A stretch of DNA of 64,000 bases, from positions 1 to 64,000 of the forward strand of contig JBHLOI010000015.1 of the NCBI GenBank assembly GCA_048940645.1, given 5' to 3'. The first letter of the stretch is position 1; each line of letters begins with the position of its first letter. The position numbers were made by a program, and so were the translations under genes. Below are positions 62,184-64,000 of this stretch, piece after piece. This stretch comes from Promethearchaeota archaeon (GTDB lineage: Archaea; Asgardarchaeota; Lokiarchaeia; Sigyniarchaeales; SOKP01). The notes under the pieces are model-generated. The model saw only the letters and a program-made list of their open reading frames with translations. It was not told where the DNA came from and did not search any database.

Positions 62184-63118
62184 GCTAACCTAGCTAATTT
62201 TCTACTTAAATTCCACAGCTTTTCTGCGACCTCTCGATCCAAGGCAGGAGGTGCGGGTTCCTCTTCGTAAGTAAGGTTGAAAAACTTTCCACTCACGCCC
62301 TCAATATCCTTCGAAACTCCAAGATAGTATAAGGATTTAGCAGATATATCTGGCGGTCTGTAAGAGGGTTCGATGAAAACCCTCTGGAATAATCCAGTAC
62401 TAACTTCTCCCATGTTGGTTTTTACATTGCCAGGATGCATTGCATTAATCGTCACACCACTATTTTGGAAGCAATCATTAAATTTGATCATTGTCAGAAG
62501 TTGGGCAGTTTTTGCCGATCCATAGCTTTTGAGTCCCGAATAGCGGCGCTTCTCCCAGTTGAGATCATCTAATTTCAAACCAAGAATAGCAAAACGGTGG
62601 CCCTCAGAATTTACTAATATAATCCTGCATTTTTGCTGGGCTTTAAGTTTATCCTTTAAAATGTAATTTAAGATAAAGGAACCGAGATGATCCACTTGAA
62701 AAACCATCTCAAGACCATCGTCAGAGATCGTTTTCTCGGTTAAATAGACACCTGCGTTATGAATGAACACATCGATATTCAGATCGGAATTTGCGAGTTC
62801 TTCGCCAACTTTCTTCACCTCGGAAATGTGCGCAAAATCCGCAAGCATGAAATCACATTCTACACCAAAATCTCGTTTAATTTCTTCACATAGATTAAAT
62901 GTTTTTTCTTCGTTTCGATTAATGACTAGCAAATTAGCTCCGTGTGAAGCATATTCTCGTGCAATCACATATCCGATTCCAGATGTGGCGCCAGTAATAG
63001 CCACTAAATGCCCATTAAAATCATCTTGACATTCCAATGGCTCTGCTTTATTATTAAATAAAGCTTTAATATTTGCCTTAATATTTGATATCTTGTACTG
63101 TTTCAAGTATTTATTCAA
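62180..63118 (-). CDS. Short-chain dehydrogenase/reductase (retinol dehydrogenase-like)
   Basis: ITGATSGIG, HNAG, YGSAK, HPG.VKT; 4-bp overlap with the downstream gene. Confidence 0.9.
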   Translation of the reverse strand: MNKYLKQYKISNIKANIKALFNNKAEPLECQDDFNGHLVAITGATSGIGYVIAREYASHGANLLVINRNEEKTFNLCEEIKRDFGVECDFMLADFAHISEVKKVGEELANSDLNIDVFIHNAGVYLTEKTISDDGLEMVFQVDHLGSFILNYILKDKLKAQQKCRIILVNSEGHRFAILGLKLDDLNWEKRRYSGLKSYGSAKTAQLLTMIKFNDCFQNSGVTINAMHPGNVKTNMGEVSTGLFQRVFIEPSYRPPDISAKSLYYLGVSKDIEGVSGKFFNLTYEEEPAPPALDREVAEKLWNLSRKLARLA

Positions 63119-63123
63119 TTAAT

Positions 63124-63564
63124 TCACCCGAACATTTTCCTCATGAACTTTCGATACCCTTTAGCTAAAAAGGGAATATTATCAATAATATCACCCCAAA
63201 GATCAAAATAATCCCTTTGTTCAACGATTTTTCCATTATCATTCAATGTCAGGCGACTTGCCCCAAATAACTTCGAATTAGGAGTTTTCTTAAAACTTAA
63301 CCCCATCTCCCATTCAAAAAAAATAATGTTCCCTTCAAAAAGAATATTGACTATTTTCATTCTTAAATCTTTAGATCGCTCAATTAGTCGTACAGTCATA
63401 GCTTTAAATTCTTTTATACCTCGAATTTCTTGAATAGAATCATGAAAGTATATCTTATCGTCATAATATGGGAGGATATGCGACCAATCAGGTTTACCTT
63501 CGGTCTTGTAAATATTAGTCCATAATTCGACAAATTGTTCTTTACTTTCAATTCTAAAGCTCAT
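63124..63564 (-). CDS. SnoaL/NTF2-like protein
   Basis: YYDDKIYFHDS, FEWEM, GKIVEQRDYFD. Confidence 0.85.
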   Translation of the reverse strand: MSFRIESKEQFVELWTNIYKTEGKPDWSHILPYYDDKIYFHDSIQEIRGIKEFKAMTVRLIERSKDLRMKIVNILFEGNIIFFEWEMGLSFKKTPNSKLFGASRLTLNDNGKIVEQRDYFDLWGDIIDNIPFLAKGYRKFMRKMFG

Positions 63565-63784
63565 GAATATTTTCCCAAGTTTAATTTTTTACAGAAATTT
63601 TTATCTAATATAAGATAAAAATTTACAATATAAATAATCTTCATCAATAATTTTTAAGTCATAGATTATACTGAAGTTAGATATTATTATTGGTGAAGGG
63701 TTTTTTATTTTTCAATATAAATAAAATTTTCTCTTAAAGCAGCACCTGTAACATGGTGTTTTCAAGAGAATTTAAAAAATTAAT

Positions 63785-63846
63785 AAAATAGAGATATAAA
63801 ATAATTATTCTAATGAAAAATTCTTTAAATTAGGGCAAATTCTTAG
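63785..63846 (+). repeat. 62-bp direct repeat, right copy
   Basis: AAAATAGAGATATAAAATAATTATTCTAATGAAAAATTCTTTAAATTAGGGCAAATTCTTAG matches 56985-57046. Confidence 0.92.
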
Positions 63847-63896
63847 AGTTATATGTAAAGCATTTATCTGGATTTATTACTCAATTATATTTAAAT

Positions 63897-64000
63897 ATGC
63901 CAGACGATAAAAGTATATATTTACCTGTTGTATTCCATTTTCATCAACCTGTTGATAATTTTCCTTGGGTTATAGAGGATGCTTATAAAAAAGCTTATGA
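63897..64000 (+). CDS. GH57 alpha-amylase/4-alpha-glucanotransferase, N-terminal fragment (runs off the right edge)
   Basis: Manual translation MPDDKSIYLPVVFHFHQPVDNFPWVIEDAYKKAY; HxHQP is GH57 conserved region 1. Confidence 0.8.
   Translation, partial: MPDDKSIYLPVVFHFHQPVDNFPWVIEDAYKKAY

Noticed and set aside
3306-63029. About 30 short ORFs overlapping longer genes (for example 3306-3608, 4680-4973, 20120-20347, 46837-47199, 49466-49789, 59383-59699, 60742-61056)
   Set aside because: They lie antisense or out of frame within well-supported genes and carry no recognisable motifs
1-64000. CRISPR arrays, tRNA/rRNA genes, IS elements, integrases, defence systems
   Set aside because: No regularly spaced repeats, GC-rich structured RNA segments or recombinase/transposase/nuclease motifs recognised by eye; a covariance-model scan would be needed to exclude small RNAs

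Overview
Very AT-rich, gene-dense archaeal chromosome segment, most likely from an Asgard archaeon (Lokiarchaeia/Promethearchaeota-like). This is inferred from archaeal core genes (radA, endA, cdhA, A/V-type ATP synthase) together with three small GTPases, a V4R/TRAPP-like protein, a roadblock-type tail and a vWA-RING protein. Contents in order: a 2-hydroxyacyl-CoA dehydratase operon (cut at the left edge); two VIT1/CCC1-like paralogs and a DUF47 gene; a complete ATP synthase operon (K-C-H-F-E-A-B-D-I); endA, MEMO1, PfkB, OsmC and radA; a scattered alpha-glucan/glycogen gene set (degenerate phosphohexomutase, two GH57 branching enzymes, NDP-sugar pyrophosphorylase, GalT-like protein, maltokinase, third GH57 at the right edge) interrupted by accessory genes; a eukaryotic-signature neighbourhood at about 40-53 kb containing an orphan cdhA; and a 6.8-kb block bounded by a 62-bp direct repeat. 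Notable hand-found signals: the direct repeat; probable ATA/ATT start codons behind good Shine-Dalgarno motifs; four TTTCA-N7-TGAAA boxes next to a tandem-duplicated wHTH regulator; a perfect palindrome upstream of cdhA; and a contiguous Arf-like/V4R/Rab-like gene trio. No rRNA, tRNA, CRISPR array, transposase or integrase was recognised. All family calls come from motif recognition by eye; no database searches were run.
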